Shown piece by piece: positions 14,666 to 23,632 of a stretch of 24,035 nt of DNA. Position 1 is the first letter of the stretch. Every line of letters begins with the position of its first letter. Location: the IMG/VR virus record IMGVR_UViG_3300043452_000034, positions 1 through 24,035 of that record; one strand, given 5' to 3'. The stretch comes from a virus. Lineage: Duplodnaviria; Caudoviricetes. Under the pieces are notes generated by a model. It saw only the letters and a program-made list of their open reading frames with translations, did no database searches and was not told the DNA's origin. A program made the position numbers and the translations under genes.

Positions 14666-14680
14666 ATCGAGGAGCCGTCT

Positions 14681-14977
14681 ATGGCGTTAAAACGACCGCT
14701 TGTCAGATATGCTGACACTGGCAAAGTAGAAGAGCTCAGGCAGGTTGACAGCGTCGCAGGAGCAGCCCCTGCCGGGCCTGTAGCGGGCACTAAGGCGCTT
14801 GTTTATACGGATGGCGTGCTGACGGCAGTAAACGGGCCTGCAGGGGCCACAAAGGCGCTGACTTATACAGATGGCGTGCTGACGCAAGTGCAAGCTTTCA
14901 ACGGCGGCGTGACGACAACTAAAACACTGGCCTACACGAACGGCAGTCTAACCAGCGTTGAAACGGCAATTACATGA
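14681..14977 (+). CDS. Small structural protein with three TK.L.YT.G.LT.V repeats
   Basis: RBS GAGGAG. Repeats visible in both protein and DNA. Confidence 0.7.
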   Translation: MALKRPLVRYADTGKVEELRQVDSVAGAAPAGPVAGTKALVYTDGVLTAVNGPAGATKALTYTDGVLTQVQAFNGGVTTTKTLAYTNGSLTSVETAIT

Positions 14978-17694
14978 CATTCGCACTATCAGGCAGCACA
15001 ATTACACAATCAGGCACTGACACTAACTTGTCGGGTCTTGCTGGCATCGCAGGCGTTGTCACGCGAGTCGAAGGTGCAGGCACCTATGTAAAGACTCGTT
15101 ACTACTTACCTGCAGCTACCAACCTAACCTACAACAACCTGAGCTGGGATCCGCGCAGCGAATGTCTGATTTTTGGTGCGGGCGGCTCGTTGTTGCAAGC
15201 TGCCACCACAACGTCAATATTGACTATCGGCAATCAGATTACACAGTTTGGAGGTACGTACAGTCACCAGTCAGAGGCGATTATATTTACAGGCAACCAA
15301 GGTAACGCATACCAAGTTGTTCAAGGCTTTAGAGTCTTGCAAGGCACTTTTAACTGGTACTCGGGCATTATCCGCGCGCAAGAGGGCATGGGATTCGGGG
15401 CCACACAATATGACAACGGTGGTGCAGTCGGGACGCTAAAAGGATACATTGGCCCATATGCGGTGCTTGAGATTATGCGCACGCCGAGCGGGCAGACAAA
15501 CGAGTCTTGCCAGTTGCAATTTGCATGTGACCCGTCCTTTATCGTTGACGGCATGACCGTCCGTGGGTACGGCACCACACCACCTTCATACTTGATTTCG
15601 CTTGCCAGCACGACAGCCTACACAACCCCGTTTGCTTTTAACCTTGAAGGTGGTGGTGGCATTACTGCACAGGCAGCAGGCAGGACAACCAACTTTGCAA
15701 ACTTCTTTGGGCTGCAATCTAAGGCATCTCCAAAGGGCTTTAATATGTTCTTAGGCTCACTGATTCGCGGTGTAAATCAGATACTGGGTTCTGCGGTTGT
15801 CATTGTTGAGCACAACGTTGACCCAAGCCACCCGCAGGGGTATGTCGAACTGCGTAACGAGGTGGATTGCACCTTCAAAAACATTGCGGGCGCAACTCAG
15901 CAAGGTGTAGTGCTGTATTGCAAAGACACCAACAATGGAAAGCGCCAGACCTACAACCTTAACGGTGTAGTCATCAACAACACAGCGGATAAGGTTTACA
16001 TCGGCACCAGCGATGCATCTGGGAACGTAAAGTTTGCAGGGCTTGCAAACTCGATTCTCTTGGCTGCTGTGACGAGGAATACGTCCGGCACGGTCGTCGG
16101 GGTTGATGACACAGGCCTGAATGCAAAAGATTACAGGTCAATCACGGGCACTAAAGGTGCAGACGATTTCAGGTTTTACAGTTGGGGCTACGGCTTTCTA
16201 CCTGACACAAGCGTTGAGATTTTAAAGTCAGATAAAGTAGCAAAATTCTTACCTAAGACCTTACTGCCGGACACTGCTGTTACTTTGACTGAATCGCAAG
16301 CAGTTGCCAAGTTGGCGTCCTCATTCACTGTTGCGAGCAACGTATTGACAGTGACAGCTTCGAGCACGCTGGATAATCTTTACGACGCGATGAAAGCCTA
16401 CAAGACACGACCGGTGCAGACCCAGCTAGAGTTCCCCAGCATAGCTGTGCAGCCGGTCACAGCCACAGGTGATCAACTTACCACCTCGATGACCGTAACC
16501 ATAAACGCAGGTGTAACGCTGTCTGGCGGCACGAAATTTAAGAGCCTGTCTTCTGGCGTTATTACGCTGCTTGGCAGCATCACGGGGTTCGAGGTAGTCG
16601 GCAACGTCACGCAGTCTGCACCGACCAATTTGAGCAACGTCAGCATATCGGGCACTTTGACGTACAACACAAGCAGCGCCACGGCGGTGACTTTCACCAA
16701 CGTAACGGCAAATACGGTAAGCAACAGCGGTGTTGGTTTTGTCACTGTAAAGCGCATTAACTCCACGCTGACCGTTGGCACAAACGTCGTAGCATTTGCA
16801 CCGACAAGCCTTGCATTTACGCTAGGCGGCGGTCGCATCCGCGTTCTAGATAATCTAGGCGTAGAGCAATTTAACCAAGCTTCAGACGGTGCGTTTGAAT
16901 TGCCATCCGCTGCCACAGGTACATGGACATACACCATCCGCAAATACGCGCAGTTGCCGATTGTTGGCGCTGTCACAATCGATGGCACGACAAAAGCCAT
17001 AGTCGCTGCCTACATCCCCGACACGCAAGTGGTGGACACTGAGGCTAACGTCACGGCTTACACTGCACTAGACAGCAGCCAGCAAATATACGACTACCTA
17101 TCGTTGTACGGCGCTACCGCTACAGGCATTGTATTTGGTAGCGTTGCCAGCAAAGGCTTTGGCACGCTTACCGTACCTGCTGGTTTGACACTTAACCCGG
17201 CTGCTGTATCTATCGTGGCAATTTCTGCGGGTGTGGTCACCACCAAGACCAACGGCCTGTCTGAGTCAGTCACGCTGATCAGTACAGGCAACATTGTGCA
17301 GGGCGCGGCCACACTGTCATCTGATGTAGCAATACGTGCAACTAACCTTGATAGCGAAATCGTTTACACAGTTGATTCTGTAACTTTTTATCCTAGCATT
17401 GGTGATAGGAATGCAGGAACCAATCCCGGTGTTACAACGACTGGTGGTTTGTACCGTTTCAAACTAGGTAGCACGGTAAGCAGCGTACCTCTGTCAGGTG
17501 TAGTGGCACTAAGGGTAATTGCTGGCGGTGTGACCTTATTTAGTAATTTAACCTTGAGTGCAGGTAAGAACATACTAGATTTAGGTGTACAAGCACAACT
17601 TGCTGCTTTATCTGCAAAGACTTTGACCTTAGCGCAAATCGAAGCCAGTAAAGTACTGGCGCTTAAATCAGACGTTTGGGCTGCTGCAAATTAG
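14974..17694 (+). CDS. Large beta-rich fibre/adhesin-like virion protein (906 aa)
   Basis: Thr/Gly/Ser/Ala/Val-rich composition. ATGA-coupled and last gene of the inserted module. Confidence 0.6.
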   Translation: MTFALSGSTITQSGTDTNLSGLAGIAGVVTRVEGAGTYVKTRYYLPAATNLTYNNLSWDPRSECLIFGAGGSLLQAATTTSILTIGNQITQFGGTYSHQSEAIIFTGNQGNAYQVVQGFRVLQGTFNWYSGIIRAQEGMGFGATQYDNGGAVGTLKGYIGPYAVLEIMRTPSGQTNESCQLQFACDPSFIVDGMTVRGYGTTPPSYLISLASTTAYTTPFAFNLEGGGGITAQAAGRTTNFANFFGLQSKASPKGFNMFLGSLIRGVNQILGSAVVIVEHNVDPSHPQGYVELRNEVDCTFKNIAGATQQGVVLYCKDTNNGKRQTYNLNGVVINNTADKVYIGTSDASGNVKFAGLANSILLAAVTRNTSGTVVGVDDTGLNAKDYRSITGTKGADDFRFYSWGYGFLPDTSVEILKSDKVAKFLPKTLLPDTAVTLTESQAVAKLASSFTVASNVLTVTASSTLDNLYDAMKAYKTRPVQTQLEFPSIAVQPVTATGDQLTTSMTVTINAGVTLSGGTKFKSLSSGVITLLGSITGFEVVGNVTQSAPTNLSNVSISGTLTYNTSSATAVTFTNVTANTVSNSGVGFVTVKRINSTLTVGTNVVAFAPTSLAFTLGGGRIRVLDNLGVEQFNQASDGAFELPSAATGTWTYTIRKYAQLPIVGAVTIDGTTKAIVAAYIPDTQVVDTEANVTAYTALDSSQQIYDYLSLYGATATGIVFGSVASKGFGTLTVPAGLTLNPAAVSIVAISAGVVTTKTNGLSESVTLISTGNIVQGAATLSSDVAIRATNLDSEIVYTVDSVTFYPSIGDRNAGTNPGVTTTGGLYRFKLGSTVSSVPLSGVVALRVIAGGVTLFSNLTLSAGKNILDLGVQAQLAALSAKTLTLAQIEASKVLALKSDVWAAAN

Positions 17695-18224
17695 TTTCTA
17701 GCGCTAGCATAAAACTCGCAATCTTGCGAAATCTCGTGAGCGATGCGTGCAGCGTTAGCAGATTCAGAGGTAAGGAAATATCCTAGGTGCTTCAGCTTTC
17801 CATTGACGCTGGCGTGTGCGCGAAACTTGCCAGAGGCCTTATGCCAGCTTACACCTTTGAAGCCGGAATTGCTATCTACACGAAGACCAACATTGCGCTG
17901 ATTCTCGCTTTGAGAGCATTCGCGCAGGTTGCTGATTCTGTCATTGCTTCTATCCTGATCAACGTGATCAATGATATCCACAGGCCATGCGCCATGCTCG
18001 TAAAGCCAAGCAAGGCGGTGAGCTCGGTAAAGCTTGCCGTTGATCATGACTTGGGTGTAGCCGTCTAGACGCAGCGATCCTGCCTTACTGCCAGCCTTGC
18101 CACCACCCCGCACACCCACCAACCTCGTAAACTCGCCAATTGCAGGGCAATACGCAAGCATCTGCTTGAGCAGCGCCTGAGCTTCAGCAGCGTTGTCTGG
18201 CAAGCCTTTAAAAATCTTGGTCAT
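17691..18224 (-). CDS. HNH-AP2 homing endonuclease
   Basis: AHRLAW...IDH.D....ND...NLR and SGFKGVSW...HLG.F motifs. Start ATG 18224 with GGAGG. Confidence 0.9.
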   Translation of the reverse strand: MTKIFKGLPDNAAEAQALLKQMLAYCPAIGEFTRLVGVRGGGKAGSKAGSLRLDGYTQVMINGKLYRAHRLAWLYEHGAWPVDIIDHVDQDRSNDRISNLRECSQSENQRNVGLRVDSNSGFKGVSWHKASGKFRAHASVNGKLKHLGYFLTSESANAARIAHEISQDCEFYASARN

Positions 18225-18286
18225 TTTAATTTTCACCTCCTTCAAAAAATTAGATTTTACCATAAAGCCGGATATCCAGTTTTCCC

Positions 18287-18315
18287 TTGATATTTTATTA
18301 AATTCGTAGTATAAT
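18287..18315 (+). promoter_or_regulatory. sigma70-like promoter for head genes
   Basis: TTTTCCC-TTGATA-17 nt-TATAAT. Confidence 0.75.
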
Positions 18316-18347
18316 AACAACAAAGCAAATATGCTAAGAAATGCTGA

Positions 18348-18842
18348 TTAAATCGTACAACCTTCGTGGTACTTGCGTTTAGCTTTTAGATAAGCAGTAT
18401 GTGCCTCTTCTGCTGTTAGAAAAAGTCCAAGCCATATCAGTTTATTACCAATTTTAATTCTGGATTGAAATTTTCCCGCTTGCTTGTGCCACCCTACACC
18501 TAGCAGTCCTGTGTGATTGTTATTTTGTGACCCCTTCCTGTTCTGACCGTTGACAACAACGGATACGTCACGGAGGTTATCAATCTTATTATTCGACGGA
18601 TCACCATCAATGTGGTCAACAACTCCATCAGGCCACTTACCATGTGTGAACAACCATGCTAGTCGGTGTGCATAATAAGTCTTACCGTTATACGCTATTC
18701 TTATGCGATTTTGTGACGAAAGAGTACCTGCAATGCTCCCAGCGGGGACGCTTCTTGCAACGTCTACTTTCCAATGAAAGTACCCCGTATCAGGTGCGTA
18801 TTTTAGAACAAGAATTAAAATATCTAATATAGTTTTACACAT
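18348..18842 (-). CDS. HNH-AP2 homing endonuclease
   Basis: AHRLAW...VDHIDG..NN...NLR and LLGV.W...LG.F.TAEEA motifs. Start ATG 18842 with GGAGG and its own TGGTATAAT. Confidence 0.9.
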   Translation of the reverse strand: MCKTILDILILVLKYAPDTGYFHWKVDVARSVPAGSIAGTLSSQNRIRIAYNGKTYYAHRLAWLFTHGKWPDGVVDHIDGDPSNNKIDNLRDVSVVVNGQNRKGSQNNNHTGLLGVGWHKQAGKFQSRIKIGNKLIWLGLFLTAEEAHTAYLKAKRKYHEGCTI

Positions 18843-18872
18843 ATAACCTCCAAATAAGTGATTATACCATAA

Positions 18873-19250
18873 ATGAAAACAGTAATTAAGTCGCTGGATC
18901 AGGAGTTGCGGCAAGCAACATATGTTGTGATGAACCTTAAAGAAGATGCTCATGGTGAAATAACTAACGCAGATGAGATAAGGAAAGCATGTCACAATTT
19001 CAACCGCAGTCCAAAAAGAGCGAATCTCTTTCACCGAGTCATGACAGATTCGTTTGAGTTTGTTGAGTCTTATATTTTACCGAGTGATATACAAATTGAA
19101 GATATAAGCGGTGAAGTCAGAAATATTTCAAAAGGGAGTTGGTTAGTAGTAACCCAAACTCACTCTGATGAACTCTGGCAGGCTCAGAAAGACGGGAAAA
19201 TTACTGGTGTGAGTATCGGCGCGCTTGGGCAGGTAGTAGAGGAAAATTAA
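18873..19250 (+). CDS. Putative prohead protease (XkdF-like)
   Basis: DAHGE, NLFH, VESYI, KGSW and W...K.G.ITGVSIG motifs. Lies upstream of scaffold and capsid. Confidence 0.75.
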   Translation: MKTVIKSLDQELRQATYVVMNLKEDAHGEITNADEIRKACHNFNRSPKRANLFHRVMTDSFEFVESYILPSDIQIEDISGEVRNISKGSWLVVTQTHSDELWQAQKDGKITGVSIGALGQVVEEN

Positions 19251-20278
19251 TGGAAAAGAAAAAGAAAAAAGTGATTAAAGATATTACTTTCGATCATGAA
19301 AATGGTCACGTTGCCTTAGTCGGCCCTGCCGTTGGTGGGCCTGCTAATAAAGAAGAGACTATTTTACTGAAGGCAAACTCAGGTTTCACAAAAGAAATTA
19401 TTGAAAAAGCTACACAAATTCAAGTCACACTTTCAATTGAGGAATATCTTTATAAATTCTGGAACATGTACTACCCTGATGCGGAGGCTCTTGCCATAGC
19501 TCTCGGATTTACAGTAGAAGCCAGTGAAAAAGAACAATATGATTATGCTGAAGATTATAGAAAATATCTTGACGAAAAAATTGGTTCCATAGAGATCATT
19601 AAGTCGTTGAAAAACGGTAACACTGTTGAAATACTTTCCGAAATAACAGGCGATGAGTATTTATCACTTCTTACAGATCAAGAAATGATCGAAAAAGCAA
19701 TATTCGTAATCGAAGAGGCTGGAAAGCCTGCTCAAGTAAAAGTTAAAAAATCTGAATCAAAGGGTGAAACCGATGAGTCAAAACCTCAGCCGCAAAGTGT
19801 TGAGCAACCGAGAGAGTCGTTTGACTCAATTACTAATAAAAATAGGAAACAAACTATGACGACTAAAGAAGTCAAGACAGTTGTTGCTGACGTGGAAAAA
19901 GACCTCGTTGAGAAATCTGCTTACGACGCAATTCAAAAATCCTTGGACGAACAAAAGCTAGAGCTGACTAAAGCCCTAGAGCAAGTCGAATTGTTCAAGC
20001 AAGAGAAAAAACTAGTATTGGTTAAATCCCGCAAGGATAAACTAAGTGCTGTTGTAAAGAATAAAGAGCAGTCAGAAGTTTTGTTTAAAGCTTTAGGGTT
20101 GGTCGAGAGTGACGCAGAATTTGAAGAAGTCCTGAAAGCAATCAGCGATATTCAGAAACTTGCTGATCAATCTGAGTTGTTTAAATCTGTGGGTTCTGAT
20201 GGCAGCGTAGAAGATAAGTCTACTCCTAGCTTTGCAGACTCTCTCAAAGCACGCGCCCAAGCGCAATACAAGAAATAA
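19250..20278 (+). CDS. Head scaffolding protein
   Basis: HVALVG..VGGPAN N-terminus and an acidic/lysine-rich coiled-coil C-terminus. Synteny. Confidence 0.7.
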   Translation: MEKKKKKVIKDITFDHENGHVALVGPAVGGPANKEETILLKANSGFTKEIIEKATQIQVTLSIEEYLYKFWNMYYPDAEALAIALGFTVEASEKEQYDYAEDYRKYLDEKIGSIEIIKSLKNGNTVEILSEITGDEYLSLLTDQEMIEKAIFVIEEAGKPAQVKVKKSESKGETDESKPQPQSVEQPRESFDSITNKNRKQTMTTKEVKTVVADVEKDLVEKSAYDAIQKSLDEQKLELTKALEQVELFKQEKKLVLVKSRKDKLSAVVKNKEQSEVLFKALGLVESDAEFEEVLKAISDIQKLADQSELFKSVGSDGSVEDKSTPSFADSLKARAQAQYKK

Positions 20279-20290
20279 AGGAAATTTAAC

Positions 20291-20647
20291 ATGGCAATTA
20301 TCGCAACTGATGTATCGCGCTACGGCAACCTAGTTAAGCGTGAATTCTGGCCTGAAAAGGGCTGGGGTAAGGAAGTCGCTACTACGGCAATCCCTTTTGG
20401 TACCGTAGTTAAGTTTACTGGCGCTGCTGTAGCAGTGCTAACCGCACCCCCTATTGCTGGTGACAAAATCGGCGTAGTCTTGCTGGCAACTGAAGAGGAT
20501 GCTACCAAAAAGCTTGTTATGACTAAAGGCCCTTCGGTTTTGGCTAAGAGTCAACTAATTACTTTTGCAGGTGTTACCGCTCCTCAGCTAGTAACCATCT
20601 ACGCTGCACTAGAAGCAGTCAACATGCAAGTCAACGACCAAGCCTAA
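20291..20647 (+). CDS. Head decoration protein
   Basis: 118 aa, Ala/Val-rich, directly before the major capsid. RBS AAGGA. Confidence 0.7.
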   Translation: MAIIATDVSRYGNLVKREFWPEKGWGKEVATTAIPFGTVVKFTGAAVAVLTAPPIAGDKIGVVLLATEEDATKKLVMTKGPSVLAKSQLITFAGVTAPQLVTIYAALEAVNMQVNDQA

Positions 20648-20672
20648 GCATTTAAATTAAGGACATAAGAAC

Positions 20673-21689
20673 ATGACTACACAACGCAGTTTTACCGACC
20701 CGTTCAAGGCGGTTGACGTAACCGAAGCCCTACTGGTAATTCCTAATCGCTGGAACTTGACAGCAGAGCTGGGTATTTTTGAAGAGAAATCCGTAGCCCA
20801 GAACACTATCCAGTTCGAGCAAGTCGATCAAACTTTGGCTATCGTAACTGACCAAGTACGTGGTTCACGTAATCTGGTTAACAAAGACCGTACTCGCAAG
20901 ATTCACGCATTTGCTTTGACTCATCACCCACTTGATGATTATCTGACTGGTGCTGATATTGCAGGCGTTCGCGCATATGGTGACGCTAATGCAGCCGAAA
21001 CAGAGCAAGCTGCTGTTTTGCGCAAGCTAGAAGACATGGCTATGAAGCACGATGTCACCTTGGAGTTGGCCCGTATCAACACTATCGTCACTGGCAATCA
21101 GTGGGCACCTAACGGCACCGTGACTCAAGACTTCTATACTGCATTCGGCGTACCCCGTACTACTGTAGTTGCAGACTTAACTAACGTAGCTACTAACGTT
21201 GTTGAGAAGAACGAAGCTGGTATTGCACAAATTCAGGACTCTTTGACAACTGGCTTCGTACCCGGTCGTTTTGTCAAGCTGTGCAGCCCTGCATATTTTG
21301 CTAAGTATATCAAGAACGCCAGTGTTGTAGATGCCTACAAGTTCTACACCAGTGGTCAAGAAGTGCTGCGCAACCGCTTAGGTGGTGACGGTCAGTACCG
21401 CACCTTTGTCCACGGCGGCGTGACCTTGGTGGAGTATCGTGGTGCTTTCAACGGCGTGCCACTGATTCCAGCAGGCGAAGCATACATGCTGCCTACCAAT
21501 GTACCCGGCTTTGCGCAGACTTACTTTGGCCCAGCTTCCAAGCTGTCTGCTGTAAACAAGTTAGGTGAGCGCCGTTACGCATGGACTTACCGTGACCCTA
21601 AGGATGAGTTTGTAGAAATGCAATCTGAGCAAAACTTCTTAAACTTGCTACGTTACCCGCAAGCAGTTGTGAAGTACACCACGACCTAA
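20673..21689 (+). CDS. Major capsid protein (lambda gpE-like family)
   Basis: 338 aa, strongly biased codon use, DFYTAFGV, YFGPA and terminal P.AVVK motifs. Followed by a terminator. Confidence 0.85.
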   Translation: MTTQRSFTDPFKAVDVTEALLVIPNRWNLTAELGIFEEKSVAQNTIQFEQVDQTLAIVTDQVRGSRNLVNKDRTRKIHAFALTHHPLDDYLTGADIAGVRAYGDANAAETEQAAVLRKLEDMAMKHDVTLELARINTIVTGNQWAPNGTVTQDFYTAFGVPRTTVVADLTNVATNVVEKNEAGIAQIQDSLTTGFVPGRFVKLCSPAYFAKYIKNASVVDAYKFYTSGQEVLRNRLGGDGQYRTFVHGGVTLVEYRGAFNGVPLIPAGEAYMLPTNVPGFAQTYFGPASKLSAVNKLGERRYAWTYRDPKDEFVEMQSEQNFLNLLRYPQAVVKYTTT

Positions 21690-21702
21690 TCGTCGTACAG
21701 TT

Positions 21703-21738
21703 AGCCTAGTTTCTCAAAAGGAGGCTAGGCTTTCTTTC
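21703..21738 (+). terminator. Intrinsic terminator after the major capsid gene
   Basis: AGCCTAGTTTC/GAGGCTAGGCT stem followed by TTCTTTCT. Confidence 0.75.
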
Positions 21739-21772
21739 TAAGTATTTACAAAAGTATTTAGAAAGAAACAAT

Positions 21773-22270
21773 TTACAAAGTATTTGCCGGATGTATTTGT
21801 CTTTTTATCAAAAGATATGCTGCGTAAGCTTCCTCCGCAGATTTAAAAACACCAATGTGCTTTGTTTTATAGTTTAGCATTATTTTTGCAACATATCGAC
21901 CTCTTCTAGTGTCGTAGTGAACACCTAAATAATTTGTTTCACTTGTTTTGCAAGATGTTTTTTGATTTTGCGCGTTTTCTGATTTTGTAACTTCTCTCAA
22001 ATTCAAGATTCTGTTATCTGTTTTTACACCATTTACATGGTCTACAAGATTGGTAGGCCACTGCCCATAGTGCAATAACCACGCCACCCTGTGAGCGTAA
22101 AAATCCTTACCATCGAATCCAAGAACTAAGTAACCATTTTTGGACAAGTTACCTGCGTTTGTACCAGTTTTTGCGCGAGAACCTTTTGTTCTTTTCCAAG
22201 TAATGCTGCCAGTATTTGGATCATAGTATAGATAATCTTCAAACTTTACAGTGCTTATATTGTCTTTCAT
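21773..22270 (-). CDS. HNH-AP2 homing endonuclease
   Basis: YDPNTG, AHRVAW...VDHVNG..DN...NLR and YLGV...HIG.F.SAEEA motifs. ATG 22270 with GGAAGG and TGATATAAT upstream. Confidence 0.9.
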   Translation of the reverse strand: MKDNISTVKFEDYLYYDPNTGSITWKRTKGSRAKTGTNAGNLSKNGYLVLGFDGKDFYAHRVAWLLHYGQWPTNLVDHVNGVKTDNRILNLREVTKSENAQNQKTSCKTSETNYLGVHYDTRRGRYVAKIMLNYKTKHIGVFKSAEEAYAAYLLIKRQIHPANTL

Positions 22271-22322
22271 GTTTAAAACCTTCCAAACGTAAACAACCAT
22301 TATATCACTAAGGAGGCAAATT

Positions 22323-22784
22323 TTGCCTGTAACCCCTGAATTAATAAACGCTGTAAGAATTGAAATAGGTGATACAGAAATTTCTCTACCTATTCTTTCT
22401 GATGATGAAATAACATACGCCTTAGAAAAGTACAATTTGTCCGTCAACAAGGCTTGGCCTCATTGCGCTTCTTGGGTTTCACTGAAACTTGCGCAATCTG
22501 GGGATCACCAAGTAGGTATTTTAAGTATCAGGGGGTCAAGGGCTTCTACTGAATATAGACTGTCTCTACTGATGAAACTGAAAGACCCGTCATTGAACCC
22601 AATTCTAAGTGGTTTGGGTAGCTTTGTAGATACTGACGGTGTTACTCAAAATCCAGTGTACGCAGGTGGTATATCCAACAGCGACATGCTTGCAAACACA
22701 AGCAACACAGACAATAATTATATTCCGTCTCCTGTTTATCAGAAATCAGACCTAAAACCATTCCGTGGTGCTTTTGAAGTATAA
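22323..22784 (+). CDS. Head-tail adaptor/connector protein
   Basis: VRIEIGDT....ILSDDEI.Y.L motif. TTG start with AAGGAGG. Confidence 0.7.
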   Translation: MPVTPELINAVRIEIGDTEISLPILSDDEITYALEKYNLSVNKAWPHCASWVSLKLAQSGDHQVGILSIRGSRASTEYRLSLLMKLKDPSLNPILSGLGSFVDTDGVTQNPVYAGGISNSDMLANTSNTDNNYIPSPVYQKSDLKPFRGAFEV

Positions 22785-22792
22785 GGAATCAG

Positions 22793-23149
22793 ATGAATTT
22801 GTTTCTCAAGTCTACCAAACAACTGATAAATCAACACGGACTATTAGCTACGTTCACAGCCATTACTGAAGGGGTGTACAACCCCAACACACTGAGCACA
22901 TCTAATACAAGCACTGATTATGCTGTAACTGTGTTTAAAAATCACATCAAGACTTCACAATACAACTACCCAAACCTAATTGGCAAAGAAGTTGCTGAGT
23001 TCTACTTAGCAAACGACTCTCTAACTTTCGTTCCTAGCAACCGTGATCTTGTAACTTACTCCGGTACTGTATTCACAATAGAGAATATACAGGAACATCA
23101 CGCCATGGGTTCTGTTGCCCTGTACACAATCATTGCCAGCAAAGGCTAG
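22793..23149 (+). CDS. Head closure (stopper) protein
   Basis: Synteny. LI..HG, G.YNP and D.V...G..FTI motifs. Confidence 0.65.
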   Translation: MNLFLKSTKQLINQHGLLATFTAITEGVYNPNTLSTSNTSTDYAVTVFKNHIKTSQYNYPNLIGKEVAEFYLANDSLTFVPSNRDLVTYSGTVFTIENIQEHHAMGSVALYTIIASKG

Positions 23150-23150
23150 T

Positions 23151-23630
23151 ATGATTAGTAACAATGGTGAACAAATCGGTAATGAAATTGACCAATACGC
23201 AGTTGAACTTAAACGTAAACTAGAGAGTATGGTCGCAGGCTTTGCTGGTGATGTAGCTTACCAAGCCGCCATTAGCACCCCTCAAGCAACAAGTGAATAC
23301 GTTGCTACACACCAAAGTCTTTACGAAGCACGTTTCAACAAACACAATATCCCAAAAGAACCGGGATTTCACGCAGGTAGTTGGCAATACGGTGAAAATG
23401 GTTTGAGTGTTAAGCTTCAACCCGAGATTAACACTACACCAGAGGTTGAGTATCAGGCGCAGCAACAAGCGCAAGCAAGGTACAACCTAGGCGATACATT
23501 CGTCATTGGTAGCGAATCACCAAACATGCCCTATCTGAATCAGAGAGACGATATTGGAGATGCAGTCACAGACTCTGCTGCAAGGGCAGCTTATTCGTCT
23601 AATTTGGTTATGCACTTTAAGAGAGGTTGA
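23151..23630 (+). CDS. Neck/tail completion protein (HK97 gp10-like)
   Basis: TP...G.HAGSW and PYLN motifs. ATG at 23151. Confidence 0.6.
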   Translation: MISNNGEQIGNEIDQYAVELKRKLESMVAGFAGDVAYQAAISTPQATSEYVATHQSLYEARFNKHNIPKEPGFHAGSWQYGENGLSVKLQPEINTTPEVEYQAQQQAQARYNLGDTFVIGSESPNMPYLNQRDDIGDAVTDSAARAAYSSNLVMHFKRG

Positions 23631-23632
23631 CA

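Noticed and set aside
17691-22450. Long N-terminal extensions of the HNH ORFs (starts 18323, 19034, 22450)
   Set aside because: They overlap promoters or opposite-strand genes. Internal ATGs with clear RBS at 18224, 18842 and 22270 are preferred.
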